Part shown: positions 8,774 to 20,366 of the stretch, piece after piece | Position numbering within the stretch: the stretch's first letter is position 1 | Layout of the letters: each line of letters starts with the position of its first letter | The notes under the pieces: generated by a model | The model's input: only the letters and a program-made list of their open reading frames with translations | Database searches by the model: none | Told to the model about the DNA's origin: nothing | Made by a program: the position numbers and the translations under genes | DNA from: Longimicrobiales bacterium | GTDB taxonomy: Bacteria > Gemmatimonadota > Gemmatimonadetes > Longimicrobiales > Gaopeijiaceae | Length of the DNA: 64,000 bases | Reading direction: 5' to 3' | NCBI GenBank assembly: GCA_965116905.1 | Contig: OZ220732.1 | Location: 2,976,001-3,040,000, forward strand

Positions 8774-10055
8774 CGATCCACGATCCTGGCCATCATCTCG
8801 GCCTCGGCGACCACCTTGCCGTCCACGATGCCCTTCCCCTTCATCTTGCAGACGCTCCGCCGGAGACTGGTCATGGTCAGCTCGAAACGGACCTGGTCGC
8901 CCGGGATCACGGGGCGCCGCCACTTCACTTTGTCGAGCGACATGAAGTACACGACCTTGTCCTCCGGGTTTTCGACCGCGTCCATGAGGAGGAGGCCGCC
9001 GACCTGACCCATCGCCTCGACGATCAGTACCCCCGGCATGATGGGATGGTCCGGGAAGTGACCGGAAAAGAAGGGCTCGTTGATCGTCACGTTCTTCAGG
9101 CCGACGATGCGCTTGCCCGGGTCGAATTCGACCACACGGTCCACGAGGAGCATCGGGTAGCGGTGCGGCAGGTGCTTCATGATGTCGCGCACATCGATGG
9201 TGCGCGCCCGCTGGCCGCGGTCGTGCCGGTCCCGGATCGCGCGTGCCAGCTCGACGTTGCCCGAATGACTCGGACGGCTGGCCACGACGTGTCCGTTGAG
9301 CCTCCCGCCGATGAGGGCCAGGTCGCCCACGATGTCCCCCACCTTGTGGCGCAGAAACTCGTCCGGGAAGCGCAAATCGGGATTCATCACGCCGCCGTCA
9401 CCGAGCACAACGGTGTTTTCGAGCGAGGCTCCACGCGCCAGGCCCCGCGCGCGCAGTGCCTCCACGTCCGCCTGAAAACCGAAGGTGCGGGCCGGCGCCA
9501 GCTCGCGGGCAAAACTGTCCCGATCGATCCGAAAGGCGCCGTGCTGCGTGCCGATGGCGGTGTGATCGAACTCGATCGTGGCCGAGATGAGAAGACCGTC
9601 ACGGGGCAGGACCACGTACGATGCCTCGGGGTCCGCTCCGACCGTGAGCGTTTCGGGGATGTCGATGATCTCCGCCGGCAGCGACTGCGCCGTTCGCCCC
9701 GCGCGCCCGAGCGCTTCCAGATAGGGCGCGAAGCTGCCGTCCAGGATCGGGGCCTCGGGGCCGTGCAGTTCGAGCCGCGCGTTGTCCACCCCCGCCGCCG
9801 CCAGGGCCGCGAGCACGTGCTCCACGGTGAGCACCTCGACGCCGCCGGCACCGAGAGCGACCCCGAGTTCGGTCCGCGTGACGTGGTCCAGGCGCGCCGG
9901 GATTTCGGGTGCGTTCTCGATGTCCGTCCGCACGAACACGAGCCCGGAGGCCTCGGGGGCCGGACGGATGGTCAGGGTCGCCGCCTCTCCCGAGTGCACG
10001 CCGATGCCCTGCAGCTCGACGTCGCCGGCAACGGTATGTTGTCTTTCGTGTGCCA

Positions 10056-10056
<1 letters not shown>
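8770..10056 (-). CDS. lpxC/fabZ: Bifunctional LpxC deacetylase / FabZ dehydratase
   Basis: LpxC motifs GIGVHSG, TVEHVLAAL, PILDGS, APARTFGF, RHKVGD; FabZ motifs LPHRYPMLLVDR, NEPFFSGHFP, MPGVLIVEAM. Confidence 0.95.
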
Positions 10057-11099
<1,043 letters not shown>

Positions 11100-11151
11100 C
11101 CACACCTCCTGCGCGAGCAGAGCTCGCACTCGCGGTTCGCCGGGCCGTCCG

Positions 11152-11679
11152 TCACCCTCCGGGCGAGGGATCCGTCTGCAGCCGGTTGAGGACTTCCTGC
11201 GTCAGATCCAGCGCCGGGTCTCCGGAGAGTATCGCCTGCGATGCCGAATCGAGGATCAGGGCGTAGCCGCCCTCCACGCGGATCTCCTCGATCACGGCCG
11301 TGACCCTCTCCATGATGGGCTGGAGCAGTTCCGCCTGAAGCTCCTGGAACTGGATGTCCAGTTCCTGGGTTCTGCTCTGGAGGGCCCGCTGCTGGTTCTG
11401 GAGTTCCTGCTCGCGGGCCTGGCGGGCCTCCGGGGTCATGGTCATCGCCTGCTGCTGGTACTCGTTCACGGCGGCCGTCAATCCGCGGTCCAGGAGTTGA
11501 AGCTCCGATTGGGCTTCCTGCCTGTCGGCCTCGAGTTCCTGCCGGGCTACCTGCGCCGGTTCATACTCGGCGAGTACCTGGTCGGAGTTGACGTACCCGA
11601 CCCTGGCCGCCTGGGCCTGGACGGTGCCCGCGGACAGCAGCACCAGGGCCGCGGCCATGCCCATCCGGGAAATGCTCAT
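11152..11679 (-). CDS. skp: OmpH/Skp periplasmic chaperone
   Basis: Signal peptide, VGYVN, long Gln/Glu coiled coil, GYALILD..DLTQEVL; position between bamA and lpxD. Confidence 0.92.
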   Translation of the reverse strand: MSISRMGMAAALVLLSAGTVQAQAARVGYVNSDQVLAEYEPAQVARQELEADRQEAQSELQLLDRGLTAAVNEYQQQAMTMTPEARQAREQELQNQQRALQSRTQELDIQFQELQAELLQPIMERVTAVIEEIRVEGGYALILDSASQAILSGDPALDLTQEVLNRLQTDPSPGG

Positions 11680-11777
11680 TATTCTCTACTCCTCCGATGA
11701 GATTCGGATCACGCCGTTTCCGGCACGCGGGAACGGCAGTTCGTTGGTACGGTGGTCTTCCGCCTCGGCGGTTCGTG

Positions 11778-14189
11778 CTAGAAGTTCGGTCCCATCTTGA
11801 AATGTAGCTGCCACCCCGGTTCGAGCTTGTCGAAACCGTAGGCGTAGTCCAATCCGATCGGACCGAACGGCGTCACCAGCTGAACCCCGAACCCGGCCCC
11901 ACGGAAGAGCCGGGAGGTATTGATGTCCCCCGGACCGTCCCACAGGTTGCCGGCGTCGAAGAACGCGGACAGTCCGATGTTGGAGTTGATCACGGCCTTG
12001 TACTCGGCCGTGGCGGAGAAGTAGGCGTTCCCCAGGCGATCGATCTGGGCGATTCCTCCTCCGCGCTCCGCGTAGTAGCCCTGTGGGGTAATGGAAGTCT
12101 CGTCATAGCCGCGCAACGGCTGCCCGAACTGCACGCCGCCCATCCAGAACGACTCGAACGGGAAGCGGGAGGCATCTCCGAAGAGCGCGCCCCCGCGCAT
12201 GCTGAGGCCAAGCGCGAACTGCACTCCGCCCGGACTCACGCCGTCGCCGCCGAGCCCCCCGATCGGGATCATCCACTGCGCCTGCCCGGTGTGTTTGACA
12301 AAGTCGCCGGCGCCTCCGAGAGGTCCGCCGTTCAACTCCACGTTCCAGGTCTGCATGGAGCCGGCGGTCGGAAACAGCGGGTGGTTCAGGGTCTGGCGGG
12401 TGATTCCGAGCGAAAAGGAACTCAGCGTGCCGGGAGGCAACCCGAAGAGCGACTGGTCCTCCGAGCTGCGGAAGGACTCGTAGCTCGTGCGGGACAGCGA
12501 ATAGCCGAAGAACACCCTGGTTCGCAGCGAGCCGGGGAACGGCACGCCGAAGCGGGTGGAGAACCCTCGCCTCTGCCGCCGTCCGGTCGCGAACTGATAG
12601 AAGCGGTCGGTGGAGTCGAACAGCGATAGGGAGCCGCTCACCGTGGATTGCCAAAGGGCAGGATCGGTAATACTTAGTGTGAAGCTGTTAATGTAGCGCC
12701 CGAAGTCCCACCGGATGCTGCCCGCCTTGGCTTGTCCGAAGAGGTTCGGCTGGTCGTATCCGAGGAATCCGGAGAGCCCGACACCGCCCCCCACGGCCGT
12801 CCCGAACTGCACCGAACCCGTCTGCTTCTCGGCGACATTGAAGATGATGTCGACATCGCCCGTCTCGGGGTTCGGCCGCACGTTCGGCGCGGGAAGCGGG
12901 GCTTCGAAGAAACCGAGCGACTGGATGTTCTGGTAGGACTGCAGCAGGCGTGACTGACTGTAGACGTCACCCGGGAGGAGGAAGATCTTCTCGCGGATGA
13001 TGCGATCGTGGGTAAAGTCGTTGCCGGCGATGATGACCCGGTTCACATAGGCCTGGGACTGCTCCTGTATGCGCCATCCCGCGTGGACGGTGGGGTAGCC
13101 GTCGACTTCCTCACCGGTGCGCTCCCAGTAGGGATCCAGTTGCGCGTAGAGGTAGCCCTCGTTGCTGTACAGGTCACGCACGCGCTGGGCGGCCTCCTCG
13201 AAGCCCACGACATCGAAGATGCGACCAGCGTCCTCGTCCTCGTCGTCTCCGAACCCCAGGATCGAGAGGATCCCTCCCGACTCGCCGGCGAAGTAGCCCT
13301 CGAGCTGGTCCGTCTCAAAGGCGCTGTTGCCCTCGACCCGAAAATCGGCCACGCGGTACTGGGGGCCCTCGTCGACCTGCAGCTCGATGCGGGCCTTTCC
13401 CGTGGCCGGGTCGACGACCAGCGTATCGCCCAGGACGGCGAAGTCGAGAAAGCCCGCCGCCTGGTAGTACCTGGGCAGCGACTCCAGCAAGTCGACCTCG
13501 TACTCGATGTCGTCGTAGTCCCCCGTGCGGAACCAGAAGAACCCCTCCGGCTTGGTGCCCATGGCGCCGCGCAGGTCGTCGTCGGAAAAGAAGTCGTTGC
13601 CGACGAACTCGACCTGGGCGATGGTGACGCGCTGGCCTTCCTCCACCTCCAGGACGATGTCCACACTGCCGTCGTCGCCGGGCACCGGCTCGACACGCTG
13701 CTCGATGCGCGCGAAGGGCACCCCCTGGCGCCGCAGCTCCTCCCGAATGAACCCCTGTGCCTTCGCCATCGCGTTCCGGGACAGCGGAACGTTCTCCTGA
13801 AGGCCGGACTCCTCGATGACATCGCTCTCCGAAACCGACTCCAGGCCCGTGATGCGAAGCAGCCGCGTCATGGCCCTCTCGGCGACATCAAAGATGAGCA
13901 CGTTCCGGCCGGTCGACGAATCGAGCGAGACCTCGATGTCCTCGTATTGGCCGGTCGCCCACAGGTTCTTGATGCCCCGCTGAATGTCGATCCAGCTGTT
14001 GAGGGTTCCCGGCCGGATCCCCGAGACGCCCACGACGTCGGCCTCCGCGAGCCTTACCATGCCGCGGGCCGCGAGCGAATCGATGCGTACGACCCCCTCC
14101 TGTCCGCCCGGGGCCTGAGCCATCGCAGGTACCGGAGCCAGGGCCGCAATCACCCACAGGGCTGCCAGAAGTCCAGGGCCGTGTCTCAT
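11778..14189 (-). CDS. bamA: Outer membrane protein assembly factor BamA
   Basis: POTRA repeats, LRGY motif, [20 protein letters not shown], terminal Phe. Confidence 0.95.
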   Translation of the reverse strand: MRHGPGLLAALWVIAALAPVPAMAQAPGGQEGVVRIDSLAARGMVRLAEADVVGVSGIRPGTLNSWIDIQRGIKNLWATGQYEDIEVSLDSSTGRNVLIFDVAERAMTRLLRITGLESVSESDVIEESGLQENVPLSRNAMAKAQGFIREELRRQGVPFARIEQRVEPVPGDDGSVDIVLEVEEGQRVTIAQVEFVGNDFFSDDDLRGAMGTKPEGFFWFRTGDYDDIEYEVDLLESLPRYYQAAGFLDFAVLGDTLVVDPATGKARIELQVDEGPQYRVADFRVEGNSAFETDQLEGYFAGESGGILSILGFGDDEDEDAGRIFDVVGFEEAAQRVRDLYSNEGYLYAQLDPYWERTGEEVDGYPTVHAGWRIQEQSQAYVNRVIIAGNDFTHDRIIREKIFLLPGDVYSQSRLLQSYQNIQSLGFFEAPLPAPNVRPNPETGDVDIIFNVAEKQTGSVQFGTAVGGGVGLSGFLGYDQPNLFGQAKAGSIRWDFGRYINSFTLSITDPALWQSTVSGSLSLFDSTDRFYQFATGRRQRRGFSTRFGVPFPGSLRTRVFFGYSLSRTSYESFRSSEDQSLFGLPPGTLSSFSLGITRQTLNHPLFPTAGSMQTWNVELNGGPLGGAGDFVKHTGQAQWMIPIGGLGGDGVSPGGVQFALGLSMRGGALFGDASRFPFESFWMGGVQFGQPLRGYDETSITPQGYYAERGGGIAQIDRLGNAYFSATAEYKAVINSNIGLSAFFDAGNLWDGPGDINTSRLFRGAGFGVQLVTPFGPIGLDYAYGFDKLEPGWQLHFKMGPNF

Positions 14190-16678
14190 GTCTTTGTCGG
14201 AGAGGCTACCGCGATGGCGAGCGCCCCTCCGTCCTCCCCCACGTCCACTTCGATCTCGTCTCCACTCCCGAACTCGGCCATGAGGATCATCTCGGAAAGC
14301 GGGTCCTCCAGGTGACGGCGGATCGCGCGCTTGAGCGGCCGCGCCCCGTACTTCTCGTCGTGACCGTGGGTGACCAGGAAGTCCACCGCTTCCTCGGTGA
14401 GCCGCAGCGACATCTCCCCCTGGGCCAGCCTCTCCTCGAGGTCTCCGAGCATGATGTGTACGATCTTCCTCAGGTCGGAACGGCTCAGGGGGTGGAACAC
14501 GATCGTGTCGTCGACGCGGTTGAGGAACTCGGGATTGAAGGCCCGATGGATCTCTTCGTTGACCTTGTCCCGCATCGATTCGTAGTGCGACTTGACGTCG
14601 GCCTGCCGGAAGCCCAGGCCGCTCTTGGCGATGTTCCGCGCCCCGAGGTTCGAGGTCATGATGAGGACGGTGTTCTTGAAGTCGATCACGCGGCCGTAGT
14701 TGTCCGTGAGGTGACCCTCGTCGAGCACCTGCAGGAGGATGTTGAACACGTCGGGGTGCGCCTTTTCGATCTCGTCCAGGAGGATCACGGAATACGGACG
14801 CCTGCGAACCGCCTTCGTGAGCGCTCCCGAATCGTCATACCCCACATACCCCGGGGGTGCTCCAATGAGCCGCGAGATCGAGAAGCGTTCCATGTACTCG
14901 CTCATGTCGACGCGAATGAGCGCCTCCCTGTCCGCGAACAGGAATTCGGCGAGCGTGCGCGCCAGCTCGGTCTTCCCGACCCCCGTCGGTCCGGAGAAGA
15001 TGAAGGAACCGATCGGACGGCCCGGATCCTTCAAGCCCGCCCGGCTCCTGCGTATGGCCCGCGAGATGGCCGTGATCGCGTCATGCTGGCCGACGACCCG
15101 CTTGTGGAGCTCGTCCTCCATGTTGACCAGGCGCGCGGTCTCGGCTTCGCGGATCCGCGTGACGGGAACGCCCGTCCAGCGGCTCACGATGAAGGACACG
15201 TCTTCGACGCTGATCTCGGGCCGGAAACGCCGGCGCTCTTCCTTCCAGGCGGCCTCTTCGTCGAGGATGCGCTGCTGCATCGCCCGCTCCTCGTCCCTGA
15301 GCTGGGCCGCCCGCTCGAAGTCCTGATCGCGGATCGCCTCCTCCTTCCGGTTGGCCACTTCGGCAAGCTGGGCCTTCAGGTCCTCGACCTCGGGGGGCGG
15401 CACCTGACTGGCGATGCGCGCGCGGGCTCCGGCCTCGTCGATCACGTCGATGGCCTTGTCGGGAAGGAACCGGTCGGTGATATAGCGGTCCGACAGCCGG
15501 GACGCGTGCGCCAGCGCGTCGTCGGGGATCGTGATCTTGTGATGGTCCTCGTAGTGGCCCCGCAGGCCGGCCAGGATCGCGATGGTCTCCTCGACCGTGG
15601 GCGGATCGACGATCACGGGTTGGAAGCGGCGCTCGAGCGCGCCGTCCTTCTCGACGTATCGGCGGTACTCGTTCAGGGTCGAGGCCCCGATGCACTGGAG
15701 CTCACCCCGTGCCAGGGCCGGCTTGAGCATGTTCGATGCGTCGATCGCACCCTCTGCCGCACCGGCTCCCACGAGGGTATGCAGCTCGTCGATGAACAGG
15801 ACGACGTTGCGGCTGCTGGAGATCTCGTTCATCACCGCCTTGAGGCGCTCCTCGAACTGCCCCCGATACTTCGTGCCGGCAATCACCGCGGCCATGTCCA
15901 GCGCGAGGACCCGGTGCTCCCGCAGGCTCTCGGTGACCTCGCCGCGAGAGATCAGCTGCGCAAGGCCCTCGACGATCGCGGTCTTCCCCACCCCGGGCTC
16001 GCCGATCAGCACGGGATTGTTCTTCTTGCGCCGACAGAGGATTTCGGTGACGCGCTCGATTTCGCTCTCGCGTCCGATGGTCGGGTCCAGCTCTCCCTTG
16101 CGCGCAAGCGAAGTGAGGTCTCGACAGAAGTGGTCCAGCGCGGGCGTCTTCGACTTCTTCTCGCCGCGCGACGGTGACGGTCCGGGCGGCGTTGAGGCCG
16201 CGGCGCCGGCCGGAGCGCCGGACGTGCCCGTCGAAGCCACGTCCGATCCCAGCACCTTCAGCGTCTCCGCACGTGCTTCCTCGATGGTAATGCCGAGCGA
16301 ATTGAGGACCTGGGCGGCGATTCCCTTGCTCTCGCGCAACAAGCCCAGCAGCAGGTGCTCGGTCCCGACGTAGGAGTGATTGAGTTCGCGCGCCTCGGCC
16401 ATCGCGAACTCGAGCACCTTCTTGGCCGGCGAAGTGTACGGGAGCTCACCCAGGGCAATCGTCGCCTTCCCCTTGCGAACCGACTCCTCGACCCGCTCGT
16501 GGATCCGGTCCAGGTCCACGCTGAGATTGCCGAGAACATGGGCGGCCACGCCCTCACCCTCCCGGATAAGCCCCAGGAGGATGTGCTCCGTCCCCACGTA
16601 GTCATGCTGCAGGCGGATCGCCTCCTGGCGGGCCATCGACAGGACCTTGCGGACTCTTTCCGTGAAGTTGTAGTTCAT
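14186..16678 (-). CDS. clpC: ATP-dependent Clp protease ATPase ClpC
   Basis: Double Clp-N repeats ([26 protein letters not shown]), [11 protein letters not shown]-type middle domain ([11 protein letters not shown]), [11 protein letters not shown] ClpP-docking loop; start MNYNFT. Confidence 0.95.
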   Translation of the reverse strand: MNYNFTERVRKVLSMARQEAIRLQHDYVGTEHILLGLIREGEGVAAHVLGNLSVDLDRIHERVEESVRKGKATIALGELPYTSPAKKVLEFAMAEARELNHSYVGTEHLLLGLLRESKGIAAQVLNSLGITIEEARAETLKVLGSDVASTGTSGAPAGAAASTPPGPSPSRGEKKSKTPALDHFCRDLTSLARKGELDPTIGRESEIERVTEILCRRKKNNPVLIGEPGVGKTAIVEGLAQLISRGEVTESLREHRVLALDMAAVIAGTKYRGQFEERLKAVMNEISSSRNVVLFIDELHTLVGAGAAEGAIDASNMLKPALARGELQCIGASTLNEYRRYVEKDGALERRFQPVIVDPPTVEETIAILAGLRGHYEDHHKITIPDDALAHASRLSDRYITDRFLPDKAIDVIDEAGARARIASQVPPPEVEDLKAQLAEVANRKEEAIRDQDFERAAQLRDEERAMQQRILDEEAAWKEERRRFRPEISVEDVSFIVSRWTGVPVTRIREAETARLVNMEDELHKRVVGQHDAITAISRAIRRSRAGLKDPGRPIGSFIFSGPTGVGKTELARTLAEFLFADREALIRVDMSEYMERFSISRLIGAPPGYVGYDDSGALTKAVRRRPYSVILLDEIEKAHPDVFNILLQVLDEGHLTDNYGRVIDFKNTVLIMTSNLGARNIAKSGLGFRQADVKSHYESMRDKVNEEIHRAFNPEFLNRVDDTIVFHPLSRSDLRKIVHIMLGDLEERLAQGEMSLRLTEEAVDFLVTHGHDEKYGARPLKRAIRRHLEDPLSEMILMAEFGSGDEIEVDVGEDGGALAIAVASPTKT

Positions 16679-16745
16679 GGCCGTGCGCTTTTCGGGGCCT
16701 TCGTCGCTTTTCGCGTGCAATCGCCGCCGTAGTACAAAATCGCCC

Positions 16746-17846
16746 TCATTCTCCCGCACCGGAAGTGGGTGGCGTGCTCTCGGCACCGAGGACCTTCCGC
16801 ACATAAGCCGCCCGGTGGGCCTGCCGTTCGGGCCCGGGGAGTTCGCGGCCGGCGGCGCGGTCAAGGTGCGCGGCCTGCGAAAACATCATGATTCCGTTCA
16901 GCGTGACGACCTCCAGACCGGGCAGGAGCTTCAACGAAACACCCAGCCGCACGCCGGACAGGAGCTGCATCAGGTCCTTGTAGCTGAGCAGGCGGGCGTA
17001 GCGCAGAAGCCCGTACGCGCGCCAGATCTTGTCCTCGGTCACGGACGCCGCGTCGCGCATCAGCACCTGCCGCGCCTGGATCTCCGTCTGAATGACGGTT
17101 GAAACGATGCGGCCCAGGTGGTCCACGAGGTCTTCCTCGCTCTTCCCCAGCGTGGTCTGGTTGGAGATCTGGAAGAAGTTTCCGACCACATCCGAGCCCT
17201 CGCCGTACAGGCCCCGCACGGTCAGTCCGACCTGCGCAATGCCCTTCAGGACCTTCTCGATCTCCTTGGTGAGGACCAGTCCCGGCAGATGCACCAGCGC
17301 CGAGGCCCGAAGTCCGGTCCCGGTGTTGGTGGGGCAGGAGGTCAGGTATCCGAAGTCGTGGTGGTAGGCCACGTGCAGACCGCTTCCGAGCGCGTCGTCG
17401 ATCTGGTCCGCGAGAGTCCACGCCTCCATGACGCGGAGTCCCGAAACGAGGCTCTGCAGCCGCAGGTGATCCTCTTCGTTGACCATGATGCTGACCGGCT
17501 CGCCCGGCGCGGCGATGACGGCCGCGCCCCCGGTTGGCCCGTTCCCCCCGCTCCCCGCAAGATCGCTGGAGATCAACCGCCGTTCGAGGAAGATCCGGCG
17601 CGTCCGGCCGTCCATCTCGGCGACGGGCATGACGACGGTGCCCGCAGGCATCTCACCCGTCTCCGCGGCCCGTGAAACGACGCCGAGAATCGTCTCTCGA
17701 TCGTCGTCGTCCGCGCGTGCCACATACGGGTACCCATGCAGGTTTCTCGCAAGACGGACGCGGGTCGAGAGCACGATGTCCGAGTGCGGCCCGCCGGCGT
17801 CGAGCCAGCCGAGTCCGAAGTCGGGTGCGGTGCCGAGGTGGTCCAT
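16746..17846 (-). CDS. mcsB: Protein-arginine kinase McsB
   Basis: [58 protein letters not shown]. Confidence 0.93.
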   Translation of the reverse strand: MDHLGTAPDFGLGWLDAGGPHSDIVLSTRVRLARNLHGYPYVARADDDDRETILGVVSRAAETGEMPAGTVVMPVAEMDGRTRRIFLERRLISSDLAGSGGNGPTGGAAVIAAPGEPVSIMVNEEDHLRLQSLVSGLRVMEAWTLADQIDDALGSGLHVAYHHDFGYLTSCPTNTGTGLRASALVHLPGLVLTKEIEKVLKGIAQVGLTVRGLYGEGSDVVGNFFQISNQTTLGKSEEDLVDHLGRIVSTVIQTEIQARQVLMRDAASVTEDKIWRAYGLLRYARLLSYKDLMQLLSGVRLGVSLKLLPGLEVVTLNGIMMFSQAAHLDRAAGRELPGPERQAHRAAYVRKVLGAESTPPTSGAGE

Positions 17847-17850
17847 CGCC

Positions 17851-18360
17851 CTACGATCCTGCCGGCTCGAGGTCGCGTATCTGGTCCCTGAGCACCGCGG
17901 CGCGTTCGAAGTCCTCCACCTCGACGGCGTGCTTCAGCCGCCGGCGGAGACCGTCAAGGCGCCTGCCGACCTCGGCAGCGCCGGCATCGGGCGGCAGGTA
18001 TACCTTGCCGACGTGCTGGTTCGCCCCGTGGATCCGCTTGAGGAGACGCCGCAGGCTGGGCTCGAACGCCGTGTAGCACTGCGGGCAGCCCAGGCGGCCG
18101 CGCTCGCGGAAACGATCGAAGGTGAGGTCGCAGGAGCTGCAGGTCTTGCCTGCCGAGGCGCCCGTCGGCTCACCGGGTTCGCTGAGCTTGGCCAGGAAGT
18201 CCGAGACCCCCCAGTCGGGCTTTTCGCTGATTCCCTTGGCTTCGGCACAGGACTCGCACAGAAACTGCACGGAGATCTTGTTGTCCACGACCTGCGTCAG
18301 GTGGACGGAGGCAGGGCTCTCGCATCCTGGCCCGTCGCAGATCCTGACGGGATCAGACAT
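17851..18360 (-). CDS. mcsA: McsA activator (Zn-finger plus UVR domain)
   Basis: CDGPGC, LCESCA, CSSC, GRLGCPQCY, HVGKV, EDFERAAVLRDQI. Confidence 0.92.
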   Translation of the reverse strand: MSDPVRICDGPGCESPASVHLTQVVDNKISVQFLCESCAEAKGISEKPDWGVSDFLAKLSEPGEPTGASAGKTCSSCDLTFDRFRERGRLGCPQCYTAFEPSLRRLLKRIHGANQHVGKVYLPPDAGAAEVGRRLDGLRRRLKHAVEVEDFERAAVLRDQIRDLEPAGS

Positions 18361-19099
18361 TTTCCAGTACCCCTTCCTTCAGCCTCAGGACCCTGTCGGC
18401 CCTGCCCGCCAATCCACGGTTGTGCGTTACGACCACGAGCGCAACACCATGGCGCTCCTTCATGTCGAAGATCAGGTCCTGAACTTCCCTGCTGGTGAAC
18501 GTGTCCAGGTCACCGGTCGGCTCGTCCGCGAGAATGATCAGGGGCTCATTGACCAGCGCGCGGGCCACCGCGACTCGCTGCTGCTCCCCACCCGACAGTT
18601 CGCGCGGCTTGTGGCCGAGTCTCTCGCCGAGGCCGACCTGTGACAGCAGCTCCTCCGCCTTTCCGCGTGCCGCACGCGGCCCGTCGCCGCGGATCAGGGC
18701 CGGCATCATGACGTTCTCCAGCGCGCTGAAGTCCCGCAGCAGGTGGTGGAACTGGAAGACGAAGCCGATTCTGCCGTTGCGCAGTTCGGCGGCCTCCTCG
18801 TCCGGCAGCGAGGAGACCTCGACGCCGCCGACGAGCACCGAGCCGCCCGAAGGACGGTCCAGCGCTCCGAGCAGGTGCAGCAGCGTCGATTTGCCCGAGC
18901 CGCTGGCCCCCACGATCGCCACCGCTTCGCCCCATCCCAACGCGATATCGACCCCCCGGAGAATATGGAGATCCGGACCGGCCGCACCGGCGTAGGTCCG
19001 TTCCAGGGCCCTGGCCACCAGGGGCAGCGTATCGCCGGGAGACGTGCCCAGGGAAAGTCCGGCATCCGGGGAAGGTCCGCTGTGGACGGCGTCATTCAT
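18353..19099 (-). CDS. lolD: Lipoprotein-releasing ABC ATPase LolD
   Basis: GASGSGKSTLLH, GFVFQFHHLL, LSGGEQQRVA, ADEPTGDLD; follows a lolC/E-type permease. Confidence 0.9.
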   Translation of the reverse strand: MNDAVHSGPSPDAGLSLGTSPGDTLPLVARALERTYAGAAGPDLHILRGVDIALGWGEAVAIVGASGSGKSTLLHLLGALDRPSGGSVLVGGVEVSSLPDEEAAELRNGRIGFVFQFHHLLRDFSALENVMMPALIRGDGPRAARGKAEELLSQVGLGERLGHKPRELSGGEQQRVAVARALVNEPLIILADEPTGDLDTFTSREVQDLIFDMKERHGVALVVVTHNRGLAGRADRVLRLKEGVLENV

Positions 19100-20366
19100 G
19101 CCTGATCGCTTCCACCGGCACCAGCCCCGACGCCTGCCTCGCCGGATAGATCGTGGCCAGCAGGGATACCAGAAGGCTGCCTCCCGCGATCCATACGATG
19201 TCCCAGGGCGACAGGGACACCGGGAGGTTGTCCACGAAGTAGATGTCGGGCGGAATGGGGATCAGCCCGTAGCGCTCGATCAGGACCGACAGCACGAGAC
19301 CGAGGGAGAGGCCCGCCAGTGTACCGCTGATTCCGATCCAGAGACCCTGATAGACAAAGGTGCGCAGCGTGTCGCGGCGCGTCAGCCCCATGGCCTTCAG
19401 AATGCCGATCTCCTTGGTGCGGTTGACGACGACCATGACCAGGGTGCCCACGATGTTGAAGGCCGCGACCAGTACGATCAGCGACACGATCACGGCCATC
19501 GCCAGCTTTTCCAGCTTCAGGGCGGAAAACAGCTGCCGGTGGGTCTGTGTCCACGGCTCCACCACGTATGGCCACCCCCCCAGGGCCTCATGGACCGCGT
19601 CGGCCACGGCCGGGGCGTTCCACAGGTCGTCCGTGCGCCCGGCGATGTAGGAGGTGGTCCCGGACCCGAGTTCCAGGAGGTTCTGAACGTCCCCGAGCCC
19701 GGCGTAGCCGTTGCGCATGTCGAAGTCGTAGTGTCCGGTGGCGAAGATGCCCGACACCACCCAGTCGTCCATCCGGGGCAGGTAGTCTCCGTTCGGGCTC
19801 ACCTTCACGTTTTCCAGCGAGATGATGCGGATGGTGTCTCCCTTGAAGAGACTCATGCGCTGCGCGATTCCCATGCCGAGGACCACGGGCGTGAGGTCCC
19901 CCGGAGCGTGGTCGAGCGAGATGGCCCCCGATCGCAGGCTGTCGGCCATCATGGTGACCGCTATGCCCGGGCGGTCCAGATCCACGCCGTACAGATCCAT
20001 GACCTCGGCGTAGTCGGACCGGAGTATGCCCACCCGCGTGTATCCCATGGGCGACGCCGACACCACGCCGTCGACCGCCTCGATCCTTTCGACCACGCGC
20101 TCCCAGTCGTCCAGGCGCAGTGACGCACCGGACTGCAGCACCATGAAGTGGGGATACGAGCCCAGGATCTTGTCCCGCAATTCGTTCTGCATCCCCGTCA
20201 TCACACCAATCACGACCACCAGGGCGGTAACACCCACGGTCACCCCGCCCAGCGAGATCCAGGTGATGAAGGACAGGAGCCGCCCGCCTCTTCGGGAAGC
20301 CAGGTATCGGCGCGCCAGAAACCACGCCAGGCGCGTTCGCGACATCGTCGCGGGACCTGCGCTCAT
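19092..20366 (-). CDS. lolC: Lipoprotein-releasing ABC permease, LolC/E family
   Basis: RRYL..RLLSFITWIS, LIVLVAAFNIV, KEIGILKAMG, IYFVDNLP, IYPARQA..PVEAIRHE. Confidence 0.88.
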   Translation of the reverse strand: MSAGPATMSRTRLAWFLARRYLASRRGGRLLSFITWISLGGVTVGVTALVVVIGVMTGMQNELRDKILGSYPHFMVLQSGASLRLDDWERVVERIEAVDGVVSASPMGYTRVGILRSDYAEVMDLYGVDLDRPGIAVTMMADSLRSGAISLDHAPGDLTPVVLGMGIAQRMSLFKGDTIRIISLENVKVSPNGDYLPRMDDWVVSGIFATGHYDFDMRNGYAGLGDVQNLLELGSGTTSYIAGRTDDLWNAPAVADAVHEALGGWPYVVEPWTQTHRQLFSALKLEKLAMAVIVSLIVLVAAFNIVGTLVMVVVNRTKEIGILKAMGLTRRDTLRTFVYQGLWIGISGTLAGLSLGLVLSVLIERYGLIPIPPDIYFVDNLPVSLSPWDIVWIAGGSLLVSLLATIYPARQASGLVPVEAIRHE

